This document shows, in pieces, positions 1-9,291 of a stretch of 55,396 nucleotides of DNA. This stretch comes from Victivallaceae bacterium (GTDB taxonomy: Bacteria; Verrucomicrobiota; Lentisphaeria; Victivallales; Victivallaceae). The notes under the pieces are model-generated. The model ran no database searches, was not told the origin of the DNA, and saw only the letters and a program-made list of their open reading frames with translations. The position numbers and the translations under genes were made by a program. Position 1 is the stretch's first letter. Each line of letters opens with the position of its first letter. Location: contig JAZOSO010000129.1 of the NCBI GenBank assembly GCA_045657185.1, forward strand, positions 1 through 55,396. Direction: 5' to 3'.

Positions 1-1026
1 CATGATGCAGTATCCGAAGCCGTAAAAGAACAGTGCGAAAAACTCGTTCATGTTTCCAATTTGTACTACAACGAAGTAACCCCAAAACTCGCAGAAAAAC
101 TTATTACTTCAGGTTACGACGGCGCAGTATTTTTCGCAAACTCCGGCGCAGAAGCCAATGAAGGCATGATCAAACTTGCCCGCAAATTCGGTTACGCCAC
201 CGGCCGTTATGAAATTATCACCATGGTTGATTCTTTCCACGGCAGAACTCTCGCAACTCTCGCAGCCACCGGCCGTGCCAAATACCGCAAAGGTTTTGCT
301 CCCGATGTTGAAGGTTTCAAAATGGCTGAATTCAATAACTTTGAATCTCTCAAAGCCGCTGTAACCGACAAAACATGCGCAGTCATGCTGGAACCGCTGC
401 AGGGCGAAGGCGGTATCATCCCCGCCGATGTTGAATATCTCAAAAAAGTCCGTCAATTCTGCGATGAAAACAATCTTCTTCTTATGTTTGACGAAGTTCA
501 GTGCGGCATGGGAAGAACCGGCAATCTTTTTGCATGGCAGACTTTCGGCGTTCAGCCCGACGTCCTTTCTATGGCAAAAGCTATCGCCAACGGTCTCCCC
601 ATGGGTGCAGTCGTTGTTTCACGCAAATATTGCGATGTCCTCAAAGTCGGCGAACACGCCAGCACTTTCGGCGGTACTCCGCTTGTTTCTGCTGCAGCTC
701 TGGCAACTCTGGAAGCTATTGAAAACGAAAATATGCTTGAAAACTGCCGCAAAATGGGCGACTATCTGATGGAAAAACTTACAGCTATGACCAAGCCCTA
801 CTCCTTTGTCAAAGGCGTTCGCGGCAAAGGTCTCATGCTCGGTATCGTACTCGACCGCTCCGGCGCAGACCTCAAAGCAAAATTGCAGGAAAACGGTCTT
901 ATCGCTCTGACTGCAGGTGAAACCGTAGTCCGCTTCCTCCCCGCTCTCAATCTGCCTGAAGAAATCGCAGATGAAGCTCTCAATATTATTGAAAAATCGC
1001 TCGCAGAATATGCGGCATCTTTATAA
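1..1026 (+). CDS. argD: acetylornithine aminotransferase (class III PLP aminotransferase), 5' end cut by the window edge
   Basis: Frame 1 is open from nt 1 (HDAVSEAVKEQCEKLVHVSNLYYN...) and continuous with track ORF 61..1026. Motifs DEVQCGMGRTG and SMAKAIANGLP (PLP lysine) are present. It lies directly upstream of argF. Confidence 0.9.
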   Translation, partial: HDAVSEAVKEQCEKLVHVSNLYYNEVTPKLAEKLITSGYDGAVFFANSGAEANEGMIKLARKFGYATGRYEIITMVDSFHGRTLATLAATGRAKYRKGFAPDVEGFKMAEFNNFESLKAAVTDKTCAVMLEPLQGEGGIIPADVEYLKKVRQFCDENNLLLMFDEVQCGMGRTGNLFAWQTFGVQPDVLSMAKAIANGLPMGAVVVSRKYCDVLKVGEHASTFGGTPLVSAAALATLEAIENENMLENCRKMGDYLMEKLTAMTKPYSFVKGVRGKGLMLGIVLDRSGADLKAKLQENGLIALTAGETVVRFLPALNLPEEIADEALNIIEKSLAEYAASL

Positions 1027-1041
1027 AATAAGGAACAGAAT

Positions 1042-1941
1042 ATGAAAAAAGATTTGTTGACTCTCGCTGATATTGATTTGAATGATTTGGAAAACCTTTT
1101 CGAACTTACCCGCAAGATGAAAGCAGAACGCGGTAAAAGCAATTACCGTCCGCTCACCGGAAAAAGTATCGGTATGATTTTTGCAAAATCATCCACCCGT
1201 ACACGCGTCTCTTTTGAAGTCGGCATTTCTGAACTCGGCGGCAACGCTCTCTATCTTGACGAAAGCCGTATGCAGGTCGGCAGAGGCGAAACAGTTGCTG
1301 ATACAGCAAATGTTTTGAGCCGTTACCTCCACGGTATCGTCATCCGTACCTTCTCTCATCAGGGAGTTGAGGAGCTTGCAAGAGTCGCAACTATTCCCGT
1401 CATCAATGCTTTGACTGACGAATATCACCCCTGCCAAATCCTTGCTGATATGTTCACCATTCTTGAATACAGCGGCAAGGTCAAAGGCACAAAACTCGTC
1501 TTCACCGGCGACTGCCAGAGCAATATTGCCAATTCTCTTATTCTCGGTGCCAAACTTACCGGTATGGAACTTGTTTTTGCCGCTCCCGAAGAATTCAAAC
1601 CCCGCGCTGATGTCATCGGCGGCGCTTCAAACATTTCCTGGGAAAGCGACCCCGTCAAAGCCGCAAAAGATGCAGACTACCTCTACACTGACGTTTTCGT
1701 CTCCATGGGATTTGAAGAAGAACGCAAAATGCGCCTTGAAAAACTCATGCCCTATCAGCTCTCAATGGCAATGGTCAAAGCAGCCAAACCCGATGTCAAA
1801 GTTCTGCACTGTCTTCCCGCTCACCGCGACGAAGAAATTGCAGCTGAAGTCATGGATTCAAAACACTCAATCGTTTTTGATGAAGCTGAAAACCGTCTCC
1901 ATGTCCAGAAGGCACTCCTTTCAATGCTTTTTGACAAATAA
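1042..1941 (+). CDS. argF: ornithine carbamoyltransferase
   Basis: 299 aa with STRTRVSFE (carbamoyl-phosphate site), HPCQILAD and HCLPAHRDEE motifs. An AAGGAA RBS sits just upstream of the ATG. Confidence 0.93.
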   Translation: MKKDLLTLADIDLNDLENLFELTRKMKAERGKSNYRPLTGKSIGMIFAKSSTRTRVSFEVGISELGGNALYLDESRMQVGRGETVADTANVLSRYLHGIVIRTFSHQGVEELARVATIPVINALTDEYHPCQILADMFTILEYSGKVKGTKLVFTGDCQSNIANSLILGAKLTGMELVFAAPEEFKPRADVIGGASNISWESDPVKAAKDADYLYTDVFVSMGFEEERKMRLEKLMPYQLSMAMVKAAKPDVKVLHCLPAHRDEEIAAEVMDSKHSIVFDEAENRLHVQKALLSMLFDK

Positions 1942-1943
1942 TC

Positions 1944-2510
1944 ATGGGCATTATCGGAATACTTGTATTGTCGGTGAGCGTCGCGCTTGACGCTCTGGCA
2001 GTATCATTTTCCGGTGCTCTGATTGACAGAGAGCATCCGGGAGAACACGCACTTATTGCGGGGGCGGCATTCGGAACTTTTCAATTCATTATGCCGCTTA
2101 TAGGTTTTGCTGTCGGCAAATCGGTTATTGACCTCATAAGTTCATGGGACCACTATGCGGCATTTGCCTTATTGGCACTTGTCGGCGGCAATATGATTTT
2201 TGAAGTTTTGAAAAACGATGATGACTCCCCGAAAGTCAGCCCTTTTCATTTTCCGGCAATTCTGGTTATGGCAGTTGCCACCAGTATAGATGCACTTGCT
2301 GTCGGGGCATCGCTGGCACTTATCAAAAGTCCGGTTCTGCTGACAGCGGCATCCATGGGTATCGTCACTATGATAATTTCAATGGCGGGAGTCATGCTCG
2401 GCTCATTCAGCACCAGATTTCCGCTTTCTGAGAAATGGCTCGGCTGTCTCGGCGGTCTGGCTGTTATTCTTATAGGTTTTAAAGTTCTGATTGAACATTC
2501 AATAAATTAA
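1944..2510 (+). CDS. mntP: manganese efflux pump MntP family membrane protein
   Basis: 188-aa polytopic membrane protein with a duplicated DALAV motif (SVALDALAVSFSG and ATSIDALAVGASL), typical of MntP/YebN. The ATG is 2 nt after the argF stop. Confidence 0.8.
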   Translation: MGIIGILVLSVSVALDALAVSFSGALIDREHPGEHALIAGAAFGTFQFIMPLIGFAVGKSVIDLISSWDHYAAFALLALVGGNMIFEVLKNDDDSPKVSPFHFPAILVMAVATSIDALAVGASLALIKSPVLLTAASMGIVTMIISMAGVMLGSFSTRFPLSEKWLGCLGGLAVILIGFKVLIEHSIN

Positions 2511-2522
2511 AGGAACAAAAAA

Positions 2523-3752
2523 ATGGCTCAATTTTTACCATTCAACGGACTTTTGCCCACCGTAGAACGGGCTGAACTCGTCGCGGCTGTGCCGTATGAT
2601 GTCGTTAACACTGCCGAAGCTGCAGAACTTGCCAAAGGCAATCCCTATTCTTTTCTGCATGTTTCACGCCCCGAAATCGACCTTGCGCCCGGCATTGATT
2701 TGCACAGTGAGGAAGTTTACAATCAGGCCCGTACTGCATTTCAGAAACTCTGCAAAGAAGCTCCTCTGACATTGGACGAAGGCAAACACCTTTACATTTA
2801 TCAGCTGCAGATGAACGACCATATCCAAACCGGTATCATCGGTGCCGCCAGTGCCGAAGATTACAAAAACGGCGTCATCAAAAAACATGAAAAAACCCGT
2901 CAGGACAAAGAAGACGACCGTACCCGTCACGTTATGGAACTGCGTTCACACACAGGCCCTGCTTTCTTCACTTACAAAGACAAAGCAGAAATCGACTCTT
3001 TCGTCAACAAAGCTATGGAAGAAAAACCGCTTTTCAACTTCACTGCTCCCGACGGCATACGCCATACCTTGTGGCGACTTGACGAAGCAGCAAGTGCAAA
3101 ACTTTCAGACTTTTTCGCCGCAGTTGATGTTTTCTATATCGCTGACGGACACCACCGCAGCGCAGCTGCCGCCCGTACCGCCGCAGAATGTGCGCCCAAA
3201 AACCCGAACCACACCGGCAAAGAAGATTACAACTACTTCCTCGCCGTTGCTTTTCCTGCAACCCAGCTGGCTATCATGCCCTACAACCGCGCAGTGAAAA
3301 ACCTCAACGGTCACAGCAAAGATGAATTTATGAAACTTGTTTCTGAAAAATTCACCGTCACTCCTGCTGCCGACGGCAAAGCTGCCAAACAGGGTGAATT
3401 CAAAATGTATATCGACCACGCATGGTACAATGTTGCTCCCAAATTCAATATTGCCGAACTCGGCGTTATTGACAGTCTGGATGTCAGCGTTTTGCAGAAT
3501 AACATCCTTGCCCCCATCCTCGGCATTGCTGACCCCCGTACCAGTCAGGATATTGACTTTATCGGCGGCATCCGCGGCACAGCAGAACTGGAAAAACTGG
3601 TCAACAGCGGCAGTCACGAAGTTGCATTCAGTATGTTTGCCACTACTGTTGAACAGCTGATGGCGATTGCTGATGCAGGCGAAATCATGCCTCCCAAATC
3701 AACATGGTTCGAACCGAAACTGCGTGACGGTCTCGTTTCCCATAACTTCTGA
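2523..3752 (+). CDS. DUF1015 family protein (function unknown)
   Basis: 409 aa, the size of the family, with the typical IADGHHR motif. Recognised from memory of the family, not by search. Confidence 0.75.
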   Translation: MAQFLPFNGLLPTVERAELVAAVPYDVVNTAEAAELAKGNPYSFLHVSRPEIDLAPGIDLHSEEVYNQARTAFQKLCKEAPLTLDEGKHLYIYQLQMNDHIQTGIIGAASAEDYKNGVIKKHEKTRQDKEDDRTRHVMELRSHTGPAFFTYKDKAEIDSFVNKAMEEKPLFNFTAPDGIRHTLWRLDEAASAKLSDFFAAVDVFYIADGHHRSAAAARTAAECAPKNPNHTGKEDYNYFLAVAFPATQLAIMPYNRAVKNLNGHSKDEFMKLVSEKFTVTPAADGKAAKQGEFKMYIDHAWYNVAPKFNIAELGVIDSLDVSVLQNNILAPILGIADPRTSQDIDFIGGIRGTAELEKLVNSGSHEVAFSMFATTVEQLMAIADAGEIMPPKSTWFEPKLRDGLVSHNF

Positions 3753-3759
3753 GGATAAT

Positions 3760-4683
3760 ATGTCTGACTCCCGTTTAGTTTTAGTTGATGCTTATTCGCA
3801 GATTTTCCGTGCTTTTTACGCTATTCAAAGTTTGACGAACAGCCGCGGAGAACCGATAAATGCACTGCATGGTTTTATCAAAATCATGCTGAAACTGGAA
3901 CGGGAGTATCCCTCAAAATTCGGTGCGGTAGTCTTTGACTGCGGACGGGTTGAATTCCGTTTGAAACTTAATCCGGAGTACAAAGCCAACCGCAAACCAA
4001 CCCCCGAAGAACTGAAAATTCAAGTCCCGTTCATCCGTGAATTTCTTGAATGCCGCGGCTGGCCGATACTTGAAGAATGCGAATACGAAGCAGACGACCT
4101 TATCGCCGCTCTCGCTCTCAACTGCGATAAAGAGGTCTTTTTCCTGAGCACTGACAAAGACCTCTCTCAAATCGTCAACAATCGTATAACTCACCTCGTC
4201 CCCGATGTCAAAAGTTCATTTATGCAGAGAACTGTTGACAAAGTAAACGAAAAATTCGGAGTCCCCCCCGAACTCGTTGTTGACTATCTGTCTCTCCTCG
4301 GAGATGCTGTTGACAACATTCCCGGTGTCCCCGGCGTCGGCACAAAAACCGCCGCAAAATGGCTGCAATCTTACGGTTCTCTCCTCAATATTCTGGACAA
4401 TCCGTCTATCGTAGATGATGCAAAAATCCGCAGCCGCATTGAAGAAAACAGCGAAATCATACGCAAAAATATCGCCTTGATAACTCTGCGTTCAGATTTG
4501 CCGGAAAAATACAGCAACATCTCTGAATGCTGTCTCCGCAAAGCCCCCAATTACTCCAAACTTGACACCTTCTGCGAAAAATACGGATTGAAATCAATCC
4601 GCAAAGAACTCGCTGCGGAAAATCCCCTCCCCCTCATAGAAGAAAAAGTTGAAATGGTACAGGATGACCTTTTCAACTTTTAA
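3760..4683 (+). CDS. 5'-3' exonuclease / flap endonuclease (Pol I N-terminal-domain-like)
   Basis: The track ORF starts at 3667, but the ATG at 3760 follows a GAGGA RBS (3751-3755) and gives MSDSRLVLVDAYSQIFRAFYA. EADD and TDKDLSQ metal-site motifs and the H3TH motif LLGDAVDNIPGVPGVGTKTAAKWL are present. Confidence 0.88.
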   Translation: MSDSRLVLVDAYSQIFRAFYAIQSLTNSRGEPINALHGFIKIMLKLEREYPSKFGAVVFDCGRVEFRLKLNPEYKANRKPTPEELKIQVPFIREFLECRGWPILEECEYEADDLIAALALNCDKEVFFLSTDKDLSQIVNNRITHLVPDVKSSFMQRTVDKVNEKFGVPPELVVDYLSLLGDAVDNIPGVPGVGTKTAAKWLQSYGSLLNILDNPSIVDDAKIRSRIEENSEIIRKNIALITLRSDLPEKYSNISECCLRKAPNYSKLDTFCEKYGLKSIRKELAAENPLPLIEEKVEMVQDDLFNF

Positions 4684-4754
4684 GTACAAAGGCTCAGTTC
4701 CCAATATGGGAAGATAACTTTAATTTACGTTTTTTTTGCAGGGGCTTGTGCCGC

Positions 4755-4796
4755 AAAAAAAAGTCAGACCTGTCAGATAAAACTGACAAGTCCGAC
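4755..4796 (-). terminator. rho-independent terminator downstream of the 4815..6020 gene
   Basis: On the minus strand, GTCGGACTTGTCAG / loop / CTGACAGGTCTGAC form a 14-nt stem with two wobble or mismatch positions, followed by T8 (the A-run at 4755-4762 on the plus strand). It lies between convergent genes. Confidence 0.6.
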
Positions 4797-4814
4797 AAAT
4801 TAGATCTGTTTTTT

Positions 4815-6020
4815 TCAGAATTTTACTGTATCATCACAGCGCAGGAAATAAATTCCCCGTATGCCGGTATGAATGGAGTCAATAGTTATCATGCTGCCGT
4901 CATTTGACCAGCGCGGATGCAAGTCACAGCGAACATCACTGTCTCCGAGTTCGGCATTGTGTTTGAAACTGCCGAGAATTTCAAATTCTCCTGTTTCAAC
5001 TTTGACCAGAGCGAGATTTTGAATACACTCAGTTGACGGATAAGAGTCTGCCAGCATCCATTTGCCGTCAGGTGAAAAAATAAGATGCCCCATCGGTCCC
5101 TGTCCGACTGAAATACGTTTGCCGCGCGGCGGGCGTATACGGTTATCAAAAACAACATATTCAAAATTAACACCGCCCCAGCGGCAGTCAATAAGAATTT
5201 CATCTGGAGTTCTGCCCCAAATCTGATGTGAAATCATACCTTTCCAGTAAGGTTCAGGAAGTGTACACTGCAGATTTGAACCGTCAAGATTGCATGTGTA
5301 CATATATGTATGCCACATCGGAGACCACGGTTTTTCCGGGTTGCGGCAAACGCGGAAGAGGAAGAGCAGCTGACTTGAATCACAGTTGAAAATAATGTGA
5401 TTCAGCCACCAGTAAACATCCGGCAGCATATCTGCAACAGGATGAATTTCAGCCATCTGACGATAAGAGACTATAAGTTTTGCTTTACCGGTTGCAAGCT
5501 CAACCAGAAAAATACCGTCATTATCAAGGTCGGGAATGCGTACTTCAGGTTTGAGAACAGCATCGGCATAAGAATAACCGCGGCGGGGAATACGGCAGAA
5601 ATTCAATGAAGCACCCCATTTGCCGTCAGGCGAAATTGCATAAATAGGATGCTCATAAATTCCTACTTCTCCTTTATCCAAGTCACGGATGCGGGTGATG
5701 ATACGGTCGTTTGCTTCATCATAATCATTATACATAACAGCATTGTCATACTGCGGATGCCACAAATTCATACATCCCTGCTGGTGACACCATGCGCGGG
5801 TTTCAGTAATTTTAACAAATTCCTTTTTATCGGGCATAACATAACCGAGTTCAGCTTTTTCGCCTCTGACGGGCAAATGTTCACACTGGTCAACTCTCAA
5901 TGCGAGGTGCCGTTCCATTTTTTTATCCCACGGATTACGGTCATAGTACCCGAAAAAGTAATGTTTACCATCATCCGGAGTAATACGCTGCCAATTAAAT
6001 TTTTCACTGACTGTTTTCAT
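4815..6020 (-). CDS. beta-propeller-type protein, possibly oligogalacturonate-lyase (PL22)-like; function uncertain
   Basis: 401 aa with an AAGGAG RBS and no signal peptide. The N-terminus QRITPDDGKHYFFGYYDRNPW resembles the TRLTPPD..H.NYFY start of PL22 lyases (memory-based, weak). It is the last gene of glycan locus 1. Confidence 0.7.
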   Translation of the reverse strand: MKTVSEKFNWQRITPDDGKHYFFGYYDRNPWDKKMERHLALRVDQCEHLPVRGEKAELGYVMPDKKEFVKITETRAWCHQQGCMNLWHPQYDNAVMYNDYDEANDRIITRIRDLDKGEVGIYEHPIYAISPDGKWGASLNFCRIPRRGYSYADAVLKPEVRIPDLDNDGIFLVELATGKAKLIVSYRQMAEIHPVADMLPDVYWWLNHIIFNCDSSQLLFLFRVCRNPEKPWSPMWHTYMYTCNLDGSNLQCTLPEPYWKGMISHQIWGRTPDEILIDCRWGGVNFEYVVFDNRIRPPRGKRISVGQGPMGHLIFSPDGKWMLADSYPSTECIQNLALVKVETGEFEILGSFKHNAELGDSDVRCDLHPRWSNDGSMITIDSIHTGIRGIYFLRCDDTVKF

Positions 6021-6089
6021 TTATATCTCCTTATCTGTTATAAAATAACCTTATAATTTTCTGGTTTCAGATCAAATTATTCATTATTT

Positions 6090-7880
6090 TCATTTTTCTG
6101 CGTCAGCAATTTTTTCAATTTCAATATGAATTTTCAAGCTGTTTGCTCCTTCGGCGGCAAATGTATCATAATGTCCGTTGCGATTGCGTGCAGGGCGTTT
6201 CAAATCTTTCAAAGTTCCGTCAGATACGGTATAACGACATACATAACCGTTAAAAATTACTTCAAGAACATTTTCTTTCAAAATAACTTCAGTATATTTT
6301 TCACCGTTAAATTTAAATACCGGAAGAAGACAGCATATTTTTTCGCCGCCGGAAACAGTAACATCCAATCCGTTTTTGTCAAGAACATATTTTGAAACAA
6401 GAGTTTTGCTGCCGAAAGTACATTCAATTTCAGATTGCGCAGTTTCTCCTGAAGCTGAATGAGATTTTATTTTATGTATAACATCTTCATCAACAGCATA
6501 TTTCCATTTGCCATTGACACAAATACCCGGCGCAACAGCAAGCGGAAACGGTTTTTTAATATCAATAATGTAGTGAGGTTTGGCGGGACACGGAGTACTG
6601 AGACACAATTCTGACGGTGCGCCTTTTTTGTGCAAACGCCCAAGTCCGCTGCAATCAAAAAGCGACTCTGCTCTATAATCATATTGCGCAAAATATTCGC
6701 CGCCCCTCATAAATAATTTATGAAAATCATCAGAAGTCTGCCATGTCATACCCTTGCAATCATCAAGTTCAGATGCAGGAACGGAATCATCACAAATCCT
6801 GTACGCCGCATAGAGAAAAGAGGCGGCAGTTATCATATATTTATCAAAATAAGCATACTCCTCACAGCCGTATTGCGAACTTACAGGGAAGCTGTTTTTG
6901 ATATGAGATATCTTTTTTTTGCTGAGCCATCCGGAAATATTCTGCAAAGCGCGTTGAACTTTGGCCTTGTATTGTCCTGCAGTATGCATATCGCCTTTTT
7001 GGGCAAAACGTTTGGCATAATATTCCAGCACTAAAATCACATGAGCTTCATTATGCAGAAATTGATTACTTCGTCCGCCGTACGGCATTTCACCGGTTAC
7101 TGACGGCATTTTCAATGTTGCAGAAGCCGACTTGTCAAGCGCGTCTTCCCAGATTTTTTTGTATTTGCCCTGATAACCTTCACTCAAAAGCAGAGCATAA
7201 AGTCCGCGGGTAACAAAATCATATACCATCGGGGCGCCGGGCTCACAATACATCATATTTTCGTCCAGGAAACGTATCTGCGAAAAAGCCTGCAAATCAA
7301 TGAAATCGCCGTACTTGTCAGCCAATCCGGCTTTCTGCCGCATAAATTCACTGAGCATGGTGAATGCCGCCCAGTTGTAAACGATATCTTCGGATTTCAC
7401 TGCATACACATTGTAACAGCTGTAAGGGTCAATCTGACTCAGCAATTTTCTCCATTCGGCTGTTTTTTCTGCATCAAAAACCTTACTTTTTTCCAGTTCC
7501 TGAATGCAGAAAATCACCTCTTTTACTGAAAAATCATTTCCGACAAATGGTTTTATGCCATGCTGAACTTTAAGAAATTCACGACAGCAAAGGTCCATCA
7601 TTTTAACAAATTGCTCTTTTAAATCAAGCCTTCTGCCGTGAGCAATCAAAATGCCGATATTAGCAGTCAAACGCGGATAACCGTGTTCCTTCAAGCCGTC
7701 AGACTTGACATCATTGTAATACTTGATTATATGCTCATTGCTATATGCCGCAAGAACTTTTTCCATCAACTCAATATAATATGACTTATCCATTTTTTTT
7801 GCCTTATTAACAGTTATTCCGCTTGCAGAGACAGTAACAAAAATAAAAAGAATAAGCAGCAATAAAATATTTTTCTTCAT
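6090..7880 (-). CDS. secreted protein of unknown family (helical N-half, beta-rich C-half; candidate polysaccharide lyase/hydrolase)
   Basis: 596 aa with a clear Sec leader (MKKNILLLLILFIFVTVSASG) and an AAGGGA RBS. It starts 13 nt downstream of the PHP gene. I recognised no diagnostic motif. Confidence 0.8.
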   Translation of the reverse strand: MKKNILLLLILFIFVTVSASGITVNKAKKMDKSYYIELMEKVLAAYSNEHIIKYYNDVKSDGLKEHGYPRLTANIGILIAHGRRLDLKEQFVKMMDLCCREFLKVQHGIKPFVGNDFSVKEVIFCIQELEKSKVFDAEKTAEWRKLLSQIDPYSCYNVYAVKSEDIVYNWAAFTMLSEFMRQKAGLADKYGDFIDLQAFSQIRFLDENMMYCEPGAPMVYDFVTRGLYALLLSEGYQGKYKKIWEDALDKSASATLKMPSVTGEMPYGGRSNQFLHNEAHVILVLEYYAKRFAQKGDMHTAGQYKAKVQRALQNISGWLSKKKISHIKNSFPVSSQYGCEEYAYFDKYMITAASFLYAAYRICDDSVPASELDDCKGMTWQTSDDFHKLFMRGGEYFAQYDYRAESLFDCSGLGRLHKKGAPSELCLSTPCPAKPHYIIDIKKPFPLAVAPGICVNGKWKYAVDEDVIHKIKSHSASGETAQSEIECTFGSKTLVSKYVLDKNGLDVTVSGGEKICCLLPVFKFNGEKYTEVILKENVLEVIFNGYVCRYTVSDGTLKDLKRPARNRNGHYDTFAAEGANSLKIHIEIEKIADAEK

Positions 7881-7893
7881 GTTTTCATCCCTT

Positions 7894-9291
7894 TTATTTA
7901 TTGAAAAAACATCTGATATAATCTGCTACATTATCATTTTCAAATTTGACAGCTTTGTTTGTACGCATGGAATTCAGCATAAGTATTCCCTCTGCTTTGC
8001 ATAATTCATCATGCTCCGGATAGAAGTTGCGCAGCAGAAAGTGAACATAACGCACCAGACGGAACGAACCTGAAACATGCGGAGCAATACCCGGTGAGTC
8101 AAAAGTCATAACTGCTGCGCAATTTCCTTTTTTAATTGCCTCCTGCAATGCTTCAAACGATGTATCTTCGGCAAAAACGACGGTAAATTTTGTCCCCAAT
8201 GTCAAATCCGCGTCATTGTGACTGTCGCTGTTGCCGACCACCGGCAGAAGTTTGCCGCAACGTATTACGGCGTCCTGATAAAAAGCCGCCCCGAGGTCAT
8301 TGGCTTCGCTGTATGAATAACTTTTGGAGTTGTTTTCAGCAACTGCCATACCGATAATTTCAACAGCATCGAATTTGCCCTGTTCAAGAATATAATCCCG
8401 TATCGGAATAGGCATATTGAACATATAATCCGACATCCAGCAGGGGTGACAGAAAAATGCCAACCCGCCGTATTCATGGATTTTTTCACAAATCCAATCT
8501 GCGCCCGCCATCAGATAGCGGACTTCAAAAGCGTACGGCAAATCTATTTTTTCCGCACGCGCAGTAAGCTCAGCACAAAGCTCCTCATAATGGTCATTGG
8601 CATAAGCAGAAACACAGCTGCTGCCGCCGAAATTCACTATATGTACATGCCCGAAAAACTGACCGTTACGGAAAAGAGTTTCATCATGTTTATAAGGCAA
8701 ATGACACTCTTCACCTTTAAAAACCTTAAATCCGCTGTTAAATTCAGCTCCGAATTCCGTCAAAGTTTCAGAACTTGTCATTTGTCTGTGGTCAGTCATG
8801 CAGATATAATCCAAACCGTTCCTGCGGGCGCATGCGGCAATATAACGCGGAAAATTTTCTTTATTTGAACAGTGGGAATAACTGCTGTGAACGTGCATAT
8901 CTCCTTTAAACGGAGTAAGTTCATAAAGGTCATCTTCAAGGATATAAATATCAAATTCACAGACAAGTTTGGTTATTGCAGAGTCAATCCCATCATCTTT
9001 GACAGTACCTATACGGCAATGATATTCCCCCTCATCCATGGCATCAATCACACACTTGCCGTAATCAGAAGAGTTGTCAAAAACAACAGGATATTTTCTG
9101 TAAATAACCTTGCGGCGGATGAGTTTGCCGTCAGAATAAATTCCGTTTCCGGCAAAAAGCACCAGATAAAGGACTTCATTTTCAGCAAATTGCTCAAGCG
9201 CAGTTTGAAAACTCCTGCCATTCAATTCAATTTCAAAGGGTTCTCCGGCCCGGAAAACCCTTGCATTAACATTATAAAAATCACTGAACAT
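7894..9291 (-). CDS. PHP-domain metal-dependent phosphoesterase (CehA/McbA-like) with an N-terminal beta-rich domain
   Basis: 465 aa. GDMHVHSSYSHCS is the classic PHP first motif (HxH), and later His/Asp-rich segments occur (MTDHRQ, HVHIV, FFCHPCW, GNSDSHN). No signal peptide. Confidence 0.8.
   Translation of the reverse strand: MFSDFYNVNARVFRAGEPFEIELNGRSFQTALEQFAENEVLYLVLFAGNGIYSDGKLIRRKVIYRKYPVVFDNSSDYGKCVIDAMDEGEYHCRIGTVKDDGIDSAITKLVCEFDIYILEDDLYELTPFKGDMHVHSSYSHCSNKENFPRYIAACARRNGLDYICMTDHRQMTSSETLTEFGAEFNSGFKVFKGEECHLPYKHDETLFRNGQFFGHVHIVNFGGSSCVSAYANDHYEELCAELTARAEKIDLPYAFEVRYLMAGADWICEKIHEYGGLAFFCHPCWMSDYMFNMPIPIRDYILEQGKFDAVEIIGMAVAENNSKSYSYSEANDLGAAFYQDAVIRCGKLLPVVGNSDSHNDADLTLGTKFTVVFAEDTSFEALQEAIKKGNCAAVMTFDSPGIAPHVSGSFRLVRYVHFLLRNFYPEHDELCKAEGILMLNSMRTNKAVKFENDNVADYIRCFFNK

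Noticed and set aside
1442-1990. A 182-aa alternative-frame ORF within argF, running into mntP.
   Set aside because: It overlaps the conserved argF frame, and its translation is Ser/Pro/Lys-rich nonsense.
3667-3759. N-terminal extensions of track ORFs, at 3667, 17268, 31339/31461, 38482 and 38607.
   Set aside because: In each case an internal ATG preceded by a good Shine-Dalgarno sequence gives the family-typical N-terminus. The extensions overlap upstream genes or start at TTG without an RBS.
4731-4754. A short GC hairpin (TGCAGG...CCGCA) after the 5'-3' exonuclease gene.
   Set aside because: It has only about 5 bp, a bulge and an 8-nt loop. The adjacent minus-strand terminator (4755-4796), with its flanking A/T runs, probably serves both directions.
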